From: Candidatus Woesearchaeota archaeon
GTDB lineage: Archaea > Nanobdellota > Nanobdellia > SCGC-AAA011-G17 > JACPIM01
Assembly: GCA_964457785.1 (NCBI GenBank)
Contig: CAYWEX010000004.1
Location: 258-64,257, forward strand
Direction of reading: 5' to 3'
Length of the DNA stretch: 64,000 nucleotides
Shown: positions 26,594 through 36,540 of the stretch, piece by piece
Layout: each line of letters starts with the position of its first letter
How positions within the stretch are numbered: the stretch's first letter is position 1
The notes under the pieces: generated by a model
What the model was told of the DNA's origin: nothing
Seen by the model: only the letters and a program-made list of their open reading frames with translations
Database searches by the model: none
Made by a program: the position numbers and the translations under genes

Positions 26594-29256
26594 ACTTTCT
26601 CAACATCAGGATTAGGCAGTTCTGATTTTAAATAAATGGGATTTTCTTTTATATCATTGCCATAATATATCGCCCATATTTTTAATGGCCCGAGTAATCT
26701 TCCGAATCTCACATAATAAGCAAGAGAATAACCTTGTGTGCTGTCATCATAAATATTTTCAAAACCTTCCCAGTCTTTATTTGTTTTTCCATCTTTGTTA
26801 AATAAATAAAGTTGTGTAAATAAGGTTCGTCTTGTATTTGGGCTTAAAAATAAACCACCGCCAAGAGGATTTACTTTCCCTTCTTCATCAACTACTGGCA
26901 TAATTCTAAGACATCCTTCATAGCCATTTTCTCCAGGAAATGTAAATTCTTGTTCATTAAAGAAAACACAGTTTAAAGGCACATCAACTCTTTCATTATT
27001 ATAAAACATAATTGCAATTGGTTGGCCTAAATTAACCCCATCCTGAGATTGTCTAAATGTTAAAACAACTCCCCCAACTAAAGAAGCACCGTCTGGAAAT
27101 AATTTTCCATTATATGTAAAATCTTCATCTAAAACAAAATTTCCCCTGAATAGAGAAGTAACAATTTCTTTTCCTTCTTCATCTCTGCTTTCTTTATTTT
27201 CTCCTGGATTTGAGAAAAATGTTGGAATGTAAGAATACCTGTCATAATTTTCATCAGCGCCTATTGATGAGAAAGCCGTATATTTTCCAATTTCATCAGA
27301 GACCATTAGTAAATGTGTTGCATTATGTGTTTTCAATAATTCTAAAGCCTCTTTTCTATCTCTTCCTGTTAACAAGTGTCTTCCTATAAAATGATTTATT
27401 GCTCCCCTGGCATTCCCGCCATCGCTTAATGTTGCTCTTTCTCCAAAAGTTTGTATCCAGTAGCCATAATCCCACCAATGAGAAAATACGCTTTCTTTTG
27501 GCGTGTTATCTCTTACAAATTTCATCCCTTTTTGCCATTGCTGGTCAAATCCAGCACCAGTGTTTTTGGCTGTGTTAATAGTAATTTTAGATCTTTCAAT
27601 CAAGCTTCCCTGGACAAAAGGAGCAAAAATTAAAATTCCAACAACAGCTATAGCTGAGATTTTAAATAATTTATTTTTATTATACAGTCCAAAATCCAGC
27701 CATTTAATTAAAATATATGAAACAAGTACAGTTGTAACAGGAACAAAAATAAATATTAGTCTGATGGCGCTTCTTGCCCCGATTGCAGTCATTAAAAACC
27801 AGATTAAAATAAATACATGTGTTTTGTCTATTTTTTTAAAAGATTCATAAATTTCTTTATCCTTATAAAATCCATAAATAAAATAACCAAAAATAAATAG
27901 AGAAAACAAAATTAAAGAACCAACATATAAAATTAATGACAGGTTTGAACTTCCATTCAATATTGAGTCGCCCGAATATCTGCTGAAAATAAAAGAAAGT
28001 ATAAATAAAGTGTAAGCTGATGTTAAAATCCATTTATGTTTTTTTAGATTTTTAAAACATTCGTAAAATAAAAAAGAAGATCCAATAAACATCAAATAAA
28101 GATAATATTTTCCAAATTGCCCAAACCAGGAATTTACAAAAGGCTGCTGGCTCTCAGCAACAGTTAATGCCCACCTGTTTCTGCTAAACGGTCTTACTAA
28201 ATCAATGTAAATATTTAAGATTTTGTCATAAATTTCAACTGGCTTGTAAATAATAATAAGAAAAATAATACTAAGCAATATTACGCTTAAGAAACTTATT
28301 AATCCAAGAGGGTATTTTTCAGGATTTAATTTTTCTCTTAAATTAAAAATATTCTTCTCTTTTATTAAATAGTTAATAAATCCGCCTAACAAAGCTATAA
28401 CTGTAATTTGTACTGTTGTCGCAATCAAAATAGTATAAAACCCATAATAATAGCCGTAAAATCTGTTCAGCAAAATAAAAGTTGTAAACCACCACAAAGA
28501 ATATGCATAAAGAGTTTTTTTCTCTAAATTATCTGTAATTAAATTTATTATTACAGTTCCGCCTAAAATCAAGAAAACAAAATTAACTCCTCCCCAAACA
28601 CTTCCTAATAAGGCTGTAAATATTCCCGAAGTTATTCCATTTAAATAGCCATATTTTCTTTCTGATTTAACAGCCAAAATATAAAAGTAAAAAGCAGCAA
28701 ATAAAAACACAATGCCAAATGCTTCTTTGTCTCCAACACCAGAAATTGTTCTGTATAAAAATGGCGGCAGATAAGCTAAAAAGGCGCTTGCGAGTAAAGC
28801 AACCCTGAAATCAAATAATTTTCTGACTAACAAATAAAAAAAGAATAATGCAAAACTAAATGTAATTGCAGGAAAAATTACATCAACATATTCTAAGGTT
28901 ATTGTTGAATCAAAAAAATGTAAAAATTTGTACAAATAAACTATAAAATGCGACAAAAAACTAAATTCATCTAAATTACTGTAACCTAATGGATAATATC
29001 TCATTAAGTCAATATCCATTAGCTTTCCATTTTCTAAAATATACTTGGAATATCTTAAAAATGCGGCTGCATCAGGATCTCCAGGTATGTAAATGCCGTT
29101 TGTAACATCCTTTAAAAGAGGCAAATTGCTTATTCTCATTTTAAAGCTTGCTATAATTAAAAAAATTAATCCTATAAATCCTAAATCTTCTTTAAAGTCT
29201 TTTAAGAAATTAAAAATTTTCTCTTTTCTAATCCTTATAGTGTCAGCCTCTGGCAT
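26590..29256 (-). CDS. aglB: archaeal oligosaccharyltransferase AglB (STT3 family)
   Basis: 888 aa with about 13 TM helices, then a soluble domain carrying the signature WWDYGYW. Confidence 0.95.
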   Translation of the reverse strand: MPEADTIRIRKEKIFNFLKDFKEDLGFIGLIFLIIASFKMRISNLPLLKDVTNGIYIPGDPDAAAFLRYSKYILENGKLMDIDLMRYYPLGYSNLDEFSFLSHFIVYLYKFLHFFDSTITLEYVDVIFPAITFSFALFFFYLLVRKLFDFRVALLASAFLAYLPPFLYRTISGVGDKEAFGIVFLFAAFYFYILAVKSERKYGYLNGITSGIFTALLGSVWGGVNFVFLILGGTVIINLITDNLEKKTLYAYSLWWFTTFILLNRFYGYYYGFYTILIATTVQITVIALLGGFINYLIKEKNIFNLREKLNPEKYPLGLISFLSVILLSIIFLIIIYKPVEIYDKILNIYIDLVRPFSRNRWALTVAESQQPFVNSWFGQFGKYYLYLMFIGSSFLFYECFKNLKKHKWILTSAYTLFILSFIFSRYSGDSILNGSSNLSLILYVGSLILFSLFIFGYFIYGFYKDKEIYESFKKIDKTHVFILIWFLMTAIGARSAIRLIFIFVPVTTVLVSYILIKWLDFGLYNKNKLFKISAIAVVGILIFAPFVQGSLIERSKITINTAKNTGAGFDQQWQKGMKFVRDNTPKESVFSHWWDYGYWIQTFGERATLSDGGNARGAINHFIGRHLLTGRDRKEALELLKTHNATHLLMVSDEIGKYTAFSSIGADENYDRYSYIPTFFSNPGENKESRDEEGKEIVTSLFRGNFVLDEDFTYNGKLFPDGASLVGGVVLTFRQSQDGVNLGQPIAIMFYNNERVDVPLNCVFFNEQEFTFPGENGYEGCLRIMPVVDEEGKVNPLGGGLFLSPNTRRTLFTQLYLFNKDGKTNKDWEGFENIYDDSTQGYSLAYYVRFGRLLGPLKIWAIYYGNDIKENPIYLKSELPNPDVEKV

Positions 29257-29329
29257 TTTCCTTATAGCCCTAGTTGCTATTTTAAAACTTTCTGTTTTCC
29301 ATTAATGCCTTCCTAAAAAGGAGTTTTTA

Positions 29330-29358
29330 GTTAAGCTTTTTAGTTAAAAAGGTTAAAA
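29330..29358. repeat. copy A of the recurrent quasi-palindromic intergenic motif
   Basis: GTTAAGCTTTTTAGTTAAAAAGGTTAAAA. The flanking direct repeat TTTTTAGTTAA occurs twice (29324-29334 and 29337-29347). Confidence 0.5.
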
Positions 29359-29401
29359 TAAAAGAATTAACTTTAAATATCAGTTCTTGATCTAAAATTT
29401 T

Positions 29402-29662
29402 ATGAAAAAATATAGAGTTGTTTATGATAGAAAAGACTGCATTGGTGCTGCTGCCTGTACAGCTGTAAGCAAAATGTGGGTTATTAAAGAAGGTGGAGAT
29501 GGAAAAGCAGATCTCGAATTATCTGAAAGCAAGCAAAATAATGATGTTCAGGAAAGAATAATAGATGAAACACAGTTAGATGAAATGATGGAAGCTGCCC
29601 GCGTTTGCCCAGTTAACATTATACATATATTTGATATAGAAACAGGAGAAAAGTTAATTTAA
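29402..29662 (+). CDS. small ferredoxin
   Basis: CIGAAACTAV ... ARVCPVNII pattern of single-cluster ferredoxins. Confidence 0.75.
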   Translation: MKKYRVVYDRKDCIGAAACTAVSKMWVIKEGGDGKADLELSESKQNNDVQERIIDETQLDEMMEAARVCPVNIIHIFDIETGEKLI

Positions 29663-29665
29663 TTC

Positions 29666-30007
29666 ATGGTAAAAGGAAAATTAGTTGCTGTTGATTATAA
29701 CCATCCAATAATGCAAGAAATGAAAAGAGAATATAGGAATTCTAGAACTTTATGTGAAACTGCATTTGAAAATACCAGGTTAAGAGGTTTTACTTCAGAA
29801 GATCATATTAAAGAATTCAGTGATGTTATTTCAAAAATAACTGCCGCTAAAGAAAGATTGGCTGGATTAATGATTAAAATACATACTTCTGATATTCCTG
29901 AAAATGAAAAACCAAGTTATCTTTTTGAAACTAAAAGTCATTTAGATAACTTGGATAGATGGATTAAAGAGTCAGATGAAGCAAAAAATAGATATGCTTT
30001 AAAATAA
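29666..30007 (+). CDS. hypothetical protein
   Basis: 113-aa ORF starting 3 nt after the ferredoxin stop. Confidence 0.6.
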   Translation: MVKGKLVAVDYNHPIMQEMKREYRNSRTLCETAFENTRLRGFTSEDHIKEFSDVISKITAAKERLAGLMIKIHTSDIPENEKPSYLFETKSHLDNLDRWIKESDEAKNRYALK

Positions 30008-30036
30008 TAATAATTAAAAGAAAATAAAAAGAAAAA

Positions 30037-30324
30037 TTACTTTCTTACTAAAACTTCCTCTATTGTAGCTATTCTTCTTTTATTAATCGTAACAGGCGTC
30101 CCTTTTCCTACATCTAGTTCATTTAATTTTGTTATTTGTTCGTCTTGATTTCCATGCTTGCTTTGGAAAAGTGAGGGATTTAAAGTTAAAAAGTCATCAT
30201 CATAATCACTTAACTTTCCAAAGTAACCAAAAGCAACACCAGTTTCATAAGCCCCAATAACCTGAACTAATTTTCCTTTATGAATCTCTAAAGTTCTATT
30301 ATCCATTTTTTCCTCCGAAACCAA
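30037..30324 (-). CDS. hypothetical protein (possibly Sm-like fold)
   Basis: 95-aa ORF. GKLVQVIG...GYFGKLSDYDDDFLTLNP loosely resembles an Sm1-like pattern. Confidence 0.5.
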   Translation of the reverse strand: MVSEEKMDNRTLEIHKGKLVQVIGAYETGVAFGYFGKLSDYDDDFLTLNPSLFQSKHGNQDEQITKLNELDVGKGTPVTINKRRIATIEEVLVRK

Positions 30325-30387
30325 TTTTATAACTTTTAATATAAATTGCCTTTAAATACTTAATTTACTCATTTTTTGTAGTAAAAT

Positions 30388-31260
30388 CTAAAAGAAAATC
30401 GGAGTTACATAAACTTCTAATAAAGCAGCAACTATCAATAAACCAACAGCAATAGCAATTAAATCCAAAGAATCCAATAAAACTTTTCTAAATTCTTTTG
30501 TTCCAATATCATGTCTTGTAATTGCAATTGAAATAATTCCGCCAGCTAAACCGCCAACAAAGTATGCTAATATTTCAGGTAGTCCATGAATAAAATACCT
30601 CATCAAACTTAAAGAAAATATATGAAAATACCCGCCAACTTTGATTAGTCCTAAACTTGCAGCATACTCAGCAATATTCACTCTGAAGAAATTTCCAATC
30701 GCTGCACTTATTACAGAAGCATTCCAGATTAAAATAAACAAAGCCCCGGCACCAAAGAAAAAACTAAAGAACAATGAAAAAACTAAAACCTTTAAATTAT
30801 TTGACAATATCTGTCCAAATAAACTTGCGCTTGTTGCAGACCCGGTAGTAATCAAAAAATCTATTCCAAAAATATTGGAATTAATATTTTTTATTGTGCT
30901 GATTTGTGTATTGAAAACACTTCCAACAATATCTTCCGGCAGGAAAATATACCATAAAGAATAAGAAACAACAGCCCCTAAAAACAAATACATGAAAAAA
31001 GCTAAAGCCTTGCTGTGTTCTTTCAAGAGTTTAGTTTCGCTTTTAATTTGAAGATCTTTTTTCTCTTCATATTTTATAGTATCATAAACTAACGGCAGTG
31101 CTGCCATAACAGTTAGAAAAACCATCACTAAACTTGTCTGGTCTCTAAAAATCCATAAACTCAAAAACATAGCAACAGAAGCATACAAAAATCCCAAGAA
31201 AAACATGCTCGAAGGTCTTTTTTCAGCCCCTTTCGGTCTCACTAAACTTTCTAACACCAT
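30388..31260 (-). CDS. SpoIIM/DUF95-like membrane protein
   Basis: Six or more TM helices. FIHGLPEILAYFVGG matches the HG-x-EI motif of the family (from memory). Confidence 0.65.
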   Translation of the reverse strand: MVLESLVRPKGAEKRPSSMFFLGFLYASVAMFLSLWIFRDQTSLVMVFLTVMAALPLVYDTIKYEEKKDLQIKSETKLLKEHSKALAFFMYLFLGAVVSYSLWYIFLPEDIVGSVFNTQISTIKNINSNIFGIDFLITTGSATSASLFGQILSNNLKVLVFSLFFSFFFGAGALFILIWNASVISAAIGNFFRVNIAEYAASLGLIKVGGYFHIFSLSLMRYFIHGLPEILAYFVGGLAGGIISIAITRHDIGTKEFRKVLLDSLDLIAIAVGLLIVAALLEVYVTPIFF

Positions 31261-31302
31261 TAAATATTCTAATTATACTTTCATTTATATACTTTTTCTC
31301 TT

Positions 31303-31689
31303 TTATTTTTTAACTGTTCTTGTTTGAACTTTAAGCTCTTTTATTTTTTCTATAGCAGCCCTGCGTTCTCCAATAATCCTATCATTTTCTTTTTCAATTA
31401 TTCTCGCTAGCTTTCCAGTATTATCCTTGCCCCCATATAAAGTTAAAGAAACATATGCAGGTTCCATAATTTCTAACCCTCTGTGAGATGGATGAGCAAT
31501 CTCTATCTTCTTAGATTCAGCGCAAACAGATAAGGGATGCAAAAAATAAACCAAATTCTCATGAACAAAAGGTTTTTTAGAAGAACCATCAATAATACAC
31601 TCTGATTTTTCTAAGTTATCCATAAAAGATCTAAGATTATTGGAAATATATAAACCCCTTTCATGGCCACGATAAACTATTCTCTTCAT
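31303..31689 (-). CDS. hypothetical protein
   Basis: 128-aa ORF. The N-terminus MKRIVYRGHE resembles the internal start of ORF 42986-43360. Confidence 0.6.
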   Translation of the reverse strand: MKRIVYRGHERGLYISNNLRSFMDNLEKSECIIDGSSKKPFVHENLVYFLHPLSVCAESKKIEIAHPSHRGLEIMEPAYVSLTLYGGKDNTGKLARIIEKENDRIIGERRAAIEKIKELKVQTRTVKK

Positions 31690-31759
31690 GAAATGAAATA
31701 TAATTTATGCCTTTATATCTTTATTGGGTAAATATTAATTATAAATAAATAGTAAATAA

Positions 31760-32443
31760 TTAATCAAAAAATCTGTATTTTATCAAATAAAGAAAATGCA
31801 TTACTCCATCTCTCCACGTTATCTTCTTACCCTGCTTAAAGTCTCTTGGATTATTGAAGTCAATTGGAATTTCTTTTATTTTCTGTCCTTTTTTGAGTAT
31901 TTTTGCAGTAATCTCTGGCTCAAATTCAAATCTCTCAGCATTCAAATTTATCCCGTCTAGAATTTCTTTTTTAAATACTTTATATCCAGTTTCCATGTCA
32001 GTAATCTTGCACCCAAAAAACAAATTTGTTGCCATAGTCAGAAAATTATTTCCAAAATAATGCAATGAATACATGTCTTTATGTTCTCCAAGCATTCTAG
32101 AACCATAAACTACTTTTGTTTCATTATTTAAAATTGGTTTTAATAATTCATTGTAAAACTTTGGATCATATTCTAAGTCAGCATCCTGAAATAAAATTAT
32201 GTCTCCAGTAAAATGTTTTAATCCTGTTCTTATAGCCCCGCCCTTTCCAATGTTCTTTTCATGAAAAAATATCTTGTGCTTGTTTAAATTCTTTAAAATT
32301 TCTCTTGTTCCATCAGTGGAAAAATCATCTATAATAATAATCTCTTTTTCAATGTCTTTTAATTTTACTTCCTCTACTTTTTTCAGAATTTCCAGAATAG
32401 TATCTTTCTCATTATAAACAGGAAGTATTATTGACAGTTTCAT
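31760..32443 (-). CDS. family 2 glycosyltransferase (dolichyl-phosphate mannosyl/glucosyltransferase-like)
   Basis: LSIILPVYNEKD, DDFSTDGT, QDADLEYDP. Confidence 0.9.
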   Translation of the reverse strand: MKLSIILPVYNEKDTILEILKKVEEVKLKDIEKEIIIIDDFSTDGTREILKNLNKHKIFFHEKNIGKGGAIRTGLKHFTGDIILFQDADLEYDPKFYNELLKPILNNETKVVYGSRMLGEHKDMYSLHYFGNNFLTMATNLFFGCKITDMETGYKVFKKEILDGINLNAERFEFEPEITAKILKKGQKIKEIPIDFNNPRDFKQGKKITWRDGVMHFLYLIKYRFFD

Positions 32444-32488
32444 AACTGCTAAACTTTAAGAGAGAATATATATAATTTTCGTTAAAAT

Positions 32489-33121
32489 TTAAAGAACTTC
32501 CCACTCCATCATAACACCATAATTTCTGCTTTCAGCATCATCCATAGTATTTGGACATATTTTTTTCTGTTTTAATCCAGCCCTCTCATAAAATCTTAAT
32601 TCCATATCTTCTGGCAGTCCATCTTCTCGTTTATAATTAACATAATCTTCAATCAGAACATTCCCTTTTCTTTTGCAAAAATTATGATAACCAGGAACTC
32701 TTGCACTTAAAACTAAGTATTCTTTTCCTAATTCTCTTGCTAATTGCTTCTGTTTCTCCAGCAAAGCAGTTCCTACACCAATTCCTTTTCCATTTGGTCT
32801 TCCTTTGGGGCTTACCCCTAAAGAAACAACATAAATTGCATTGCCGTTTATCTTATGAGTTTCAGAAATACGTCCATCATTTGTAATCTCTGTCCATGAA
32901 CTTGGGGGATTTTTAGGATCATAATTTATAATCTGGCTTGTGGTTGTTCCAACTATTTCTCCATCTAAAACAGCAACAAAAAAACCAGGCGGAAAAACCC
33001 TTAATCTTTCCCTGAATTTATCTATAGAAGCCATAGCTTCAATAGGCCATGCTTCTTCTTCTACCTTCATTATATTATCTAAATCTCTTATGCTTGCCTG
33101 TCTTATAGTAATATTAACCAT
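32489..33121 (-). CDS. GNAT family N-acetyltransferase
   Basis: The acetyl-CoA loop KGIGVGTALL falls within a GNAT-length beta-alpha pattern. Confidence 0.75.
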   Translation of the reverse strand: MVNITIRQASIRDLDNIMKVEEEAWPIEAMASIDKFRERLRVFPPGFFVAVLDGEIVGTTTSQIINYDPKNPPSSWTEITNDGRISETHKINGNAIYVVSLGVSPKGRPNGKGIGVGTALLEKQKQLARELGKEYLVLSARVPGYHNFCKRKGNVLIEDYVNYKREDGLPEDMELRFYERAGLKQKKICPNTMDDAESRNYGVMMEWEVL

Positions 33122-33207
33122 CCTCTAAATTAAAAAATGAAAATTCTTAAACCTTTAGAAAACTTTATATAGCTTAAATCTCAATTATAAAAGCACGGGG
33201 TGGCCTT

Positions 33208-34740
33208 ATGCGAGTTGTATTTTTATATATGGGTGCTGAGAATTTGGGTGTACAGTATCTTTCCTCAGTATTAAAAAAACATGGTCATGAAACCCATATG
33301 GTATTTGATCCAGCCCTGTTTAATGATAAATATTGGTTGACTGTTAATTCATTGAGTAAATTTTTTGATCAAAAAAAAGAAGTAATTGATAGAGTTGTAA
33401 ATTTAAAGCCAGATTTAATTGCTTTTTCTGTTTTTACAGATTGTTATAAATGGGCATCATATATTGCAAAAGGCGTTAAGCAAAAAACAAATGTTCCTAT
33501 TATTTTTGGTGGCATTCATCCAACTTCTGTTCCAGAAGAAGTTATTATGGAAGACTTTGTTGATTATGTTGGAGTAGGAGAAGGAGAAGATTCTTTGCTG
33601 GAATTTGTTAATAAATTAGAAAAAGGCGAAGATGTAAAACACATTCCTGGAATTTGGGCAAAAGAATCTAATACAGGATTAATATATAAAAATCCAATAA
33701 GAGTTTTGTCAGATAATATCGATGCTATACCATTTCCAGACAAGGAAATGTTTAACCCACATTTACCAATTAAAAATGGTTATATGATAGCAGCTTCAAG
33801 GGGCTGTCCTTATTCTTGTACATTTTGCAGTAATAATCTTTATAATAAAATTTACAAAGGAAATGGAAAGTGGCTTAGAAGAAGATCAACAGAAAATATA
33901 ATTAATGAATTAAAGGAAATGAAATCAAAATATAATTTTGATAAAGTTGATTTTGTTGATGATATATTTACATGTCATAGAGATTGGCTAAAGGAATTTC
34001 TGCAAGCATATAAAAAAGAAATCAATCTACCATTCAAATGTATTACTCACCCTCATTTTATGAATGATGAAATTGCTGTGCAATTAAAGGAAGCTGGTTG
34101 TTATGCAGTTGCTCTTGGTGTTCAAAGCACAAATGAAAGTTATAAAATGAAGGTCTTAAAAAGATATGAAAGCAATGAAAAAGTAAAAGAAGCAACAACA
34201 GCCCTGAAAAATTCAAATATTTCAGTTATATTGCAGCACATTGTTGGTTTGCCAGATGAAACTGAGCAAGACCTTATTGAAGCAGCAAATTTTTACATAG
34301 ACTTAAAGCCAACAAGACTGGAATGTTATACTCTTGCTTATTTCCCAGCAACAGAAATTGTAGATATTGCTCTTGAGAAAAAAGAGATTAATCAGGAAAT
34401 TCTAAAAAGTATCAATACTGGTGGAGAGAATATGTATTTTGATGGTGGATCTATAAGAGAAATTCAAAAACAAAGACAGGCAAGAAGTTTTAGTCATTTA
34501 TTGAGTTTGGTTACTTTTTTGCCCAGGCCAGTTTCAAAAACATTTGTAAAAACAGGAATGTGGAAATATTTCTATTTAATTCCAAATAGCGCAATAACCT
34601 TGGCAGAAGTAGGCATTGTATTGGCAACCAGAGAACACAGAGCAATTAATTACATGAAATACTACTTAAAAAGTTGTTCTTCTTTAGTTTTAAAAATGGC
34701 TAAACGAACAAGTCATGTAGCAACAGGTCTAAAAAACTAA
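33208..34740 (+). CDS. B12-binding-domain radical SAM protein
   Basis: N-terminal B12-type domain (GHETHMVFD, DLIAFSV), then canonical SRGCPYSCTFC (Cx3Cx2C). Confidence 0.9.
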   Translation: MRVVFLYMGAENLGVQYLSSVLKKHGHETHMVFDPALFNDKYWLTVNSLSKFFDQKKEVIDRVVNLKPDLIAFSVFTDCYKWASYIAKGVKQKTNVPIIFGGIHPTSVPEEVIMEDFVDYVGVGEGEDSLLEFVNKLEKGEDVKHIPGIWAKESNTGLIYKNPIRVLSDNIDAIPFPDKEMFNPHLPIKNGYMIAASRGCPYSCTFCSNNLYNKIYKGNGKWLRRRSTENIINELKEMKSKYNFDKVDFVDDIFTCHRDWLKEFLQAYKKEINLPFKCITHPHFMNDEIAVQLKEAGCYAVALGVQSTNESYKMKVLKRYESNEKVKEATTALKNSNISVILQHIVGLPDETEQDLIEAANFYIDLKPTRLECYTLAYFPATEIVDIALEKKEINQEILKSINTGGENMYFDGGSIREIQKQRQARSFSHLLSLVTFLPRPVSKTFVKTGMWKYFYLIPNSAITLAEVGIVLATREHRAINYMKYYLKSCSSLVLKMAKRTSHVATGLKN

Positions 34741-34775
34741 AACTTTAAAAAACACTAATCTTTCTCGTAAAAGTC

Positions 34776-34994
34776 ATGGAAACTATAGAGATTGTTATAA
34801 AAGCCCAAATGGAAGACATGGGTAATATTTCAACTGTAATTCAAGGCAAAAAAGGCGACTTTATGTCAATAGACCAGGAAGGAGACTTTCTTGTAGTTAT
34901 AGCTAAAATACCATCTTTAGAACTTGAAAATATCAGGTCTGGCCTTGAAAATTTATTAGGAAAGAATTTCTCAATGGAAATTTATAAAAAATAA
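34776..34994 (+). CDS. hypothetical small protein
   Basis: 72-aa ORF between the radical SAM gene and a polytopic membrane protein gene. Confidence 0.5.
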   Translation: METIEIVIKAQMEDMGNISTVIQGKKGDFMSIDQEGDFLVVIAKIPSLELENIRSGLENLLGKNFSMEIYKK

Positions 34995-35034
34995 CCATAC
35001 AATTTTAGAAATAAATAAAGGGAAAATAAGCACC

Positions 35035-36540
35035 ATGGAAAATAATAAATTAAAAAAATTTTCATTTTTATTGTCTTGCCTAATTATATTGCCTTATTTA
35101 ATTTTCAGGTTAATTAATCAGGCCAAAATAATAAATTACTTTCCCTTGGATATAACAAATGATATCAGCTCTCACCTAGCTCAGTTATATTTTCTTAAAT
35201 CATGTGGTTTTCATAATTTATGCACTTACTGGTATAATGGATTTTATCTGCTAAAATTTTATCCCCCTGGATGGTTCTTCTTTACCTATCCTTTGTTGTT
35301 GATTTTTAAGAAAGTGGAAACTGCCGCATTTGTCTCGATTCTTTTAATGTTGGTTGTAAGTTTTATAGCAATTTACAAAATTATAAATTTAAATAAAAAA
35401 TCATGGCTAAATTCCTTAACTTTCTTCCTTTTGTTATTTGGCACTGCAACATCAATAAGCGGTTTTTTTAGATTAGGGAGAGTAACTGAATTATTTGGCT
35501 GGATGATTTTTCTTATTCTAGCTTATTTTATATTAAAATATAAGGAAAAAGAAATAAAAATAAATTTTCTTTGGTTTTCCGTGTTTTACGCTGTATTATT
35601 GGTTGCTCAGCCAATTGTAGCAATTCCATTTCATTTCTTTTTATTTGGATTATTCTTAATTAAGCTAAATAAAAAAAAGGAATTGTTTTTTTTAGGAATA
35701 TCAATTTTAATTGGTTTATTTCTTTCCTCATTTTGGTGGTATCCATTTATAACTGATATTGAAAATGAAAGCAGAACTTATGAATATTTGCCGGAAATAA
35801 GAGAAAGATTTTTTGATTTAAGTGGGCAATGGACTTCTAGTGTCATCTTAATTACATTTTTGCCAATAATCACTTTAATTATGTTTTATATTTATTATTA
35901 TTCTAATGATAAAAACAAAAAAGAACTCCTTTTTTATTCCCCAGTATTGCTGCTTGCTTTTTTAGTGTTGACAAGAATAGCAACATTTATTCCTTATCTA
36001 AACTTTGTATATCCAGAGCCCTATTTTACCTTTTTCATAATCTTTATACTTATTTTTTTATTCCAAACAAATATCGAAAAACTGCCCATATTTATGCAGA
36101 AAAGTTTGCATATTAGCTTAATGTTAGTTGTAATAATCTCTACATTAGCTTCTTTTTTCATAACTTCTTATTACATAGATCATACTGAATTAGAAAAAGA
36201 CACATTGGAAATTTTAAATAGTGTAAATGAAAGATTTATAATATTGGAAAGCCCGTCTTCAACTTCCTATCCAAAGGCCTATTACTCCTATGGTGCAATT
36301 TATTTGAATCTCAGCACTGTAAGCGGCTGGAGCCCATCTGAGATGACAGATGAATATAAAAATAATTTAAACTCACTTGCCAAAGAATTTAAAGAGGAAA
36401 AATGTGGAAATTTCCTGGACTTAGCCAAAAAAATAAGTCTCAAACAAGTTGTAACTTATAATGAATATTGCAGCTTAAAGGAAAAATGCGGTCTTAAAAA
36501 AATAAAAACCATGGGAAATGTTTGTCTGTTAAAGATATGA
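35035..36540 (+). CDS. polytopic membrane protein (possible GT-C-like glycosyltransferase or polymerase)
   Basis: About 12 TM helices plus a roughly 120-aa soluble C-terminal domain. No firm motif. Confidence 0.7.
   Translation: MENNKLKKFSFLLSCLIILPYLIFRLINQAKIINYFPLDITNDISSHLAQLYFLKSCGFHNLCTYWYNGFYLLKFYPPGWFFFTYPLLLIFKKVETAAFVSILLMLVVSFIAIYKIINLNKKSWLNSLTFFLLLFGTATSISGFFRLGRVTELFGWMIFLILAYFILKYKEKEIKINFLWFSVFYAVLLVAQPIVAIPFHFFLFGLFLIKLNKKKELFFLGISILIGLFLSSFWWYPFITDIENESRTYEYLPEIRERFFDLSGQWTSSVILITFLPIITLIMFYIYYYSNDKNKKELLFYSPVLLLAFLVLTRIATFIPYLNFVYPEPYFTFFIIFILIFLFQTNIEKLPIFMQKSLHISLMLVVIISTLASFFITSYYIDHTELEKDTLEILNSVNERFIILESPSSTSYPKAYYSYGAIYLNLSTVSGWSPSEMTDEYKNNLNSLAKEFKEEKCGNFLDLAKKISLKQVVTYNEYCSLKEKCGLKKIKTMGNVCLLKI

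Noticed and set aside
33208-34994. Radical SAM gene plus the 72-aa ORF as a RiPP precursor/maturase pair.
   Set aside because: The surrounding genes are glycan-related (GT2, CE4, methyltransferase, polytopic membrane protein). The small ORF has no leader/core-like features, Cys/Ser/Thr-rich core or protease/transporter partner.
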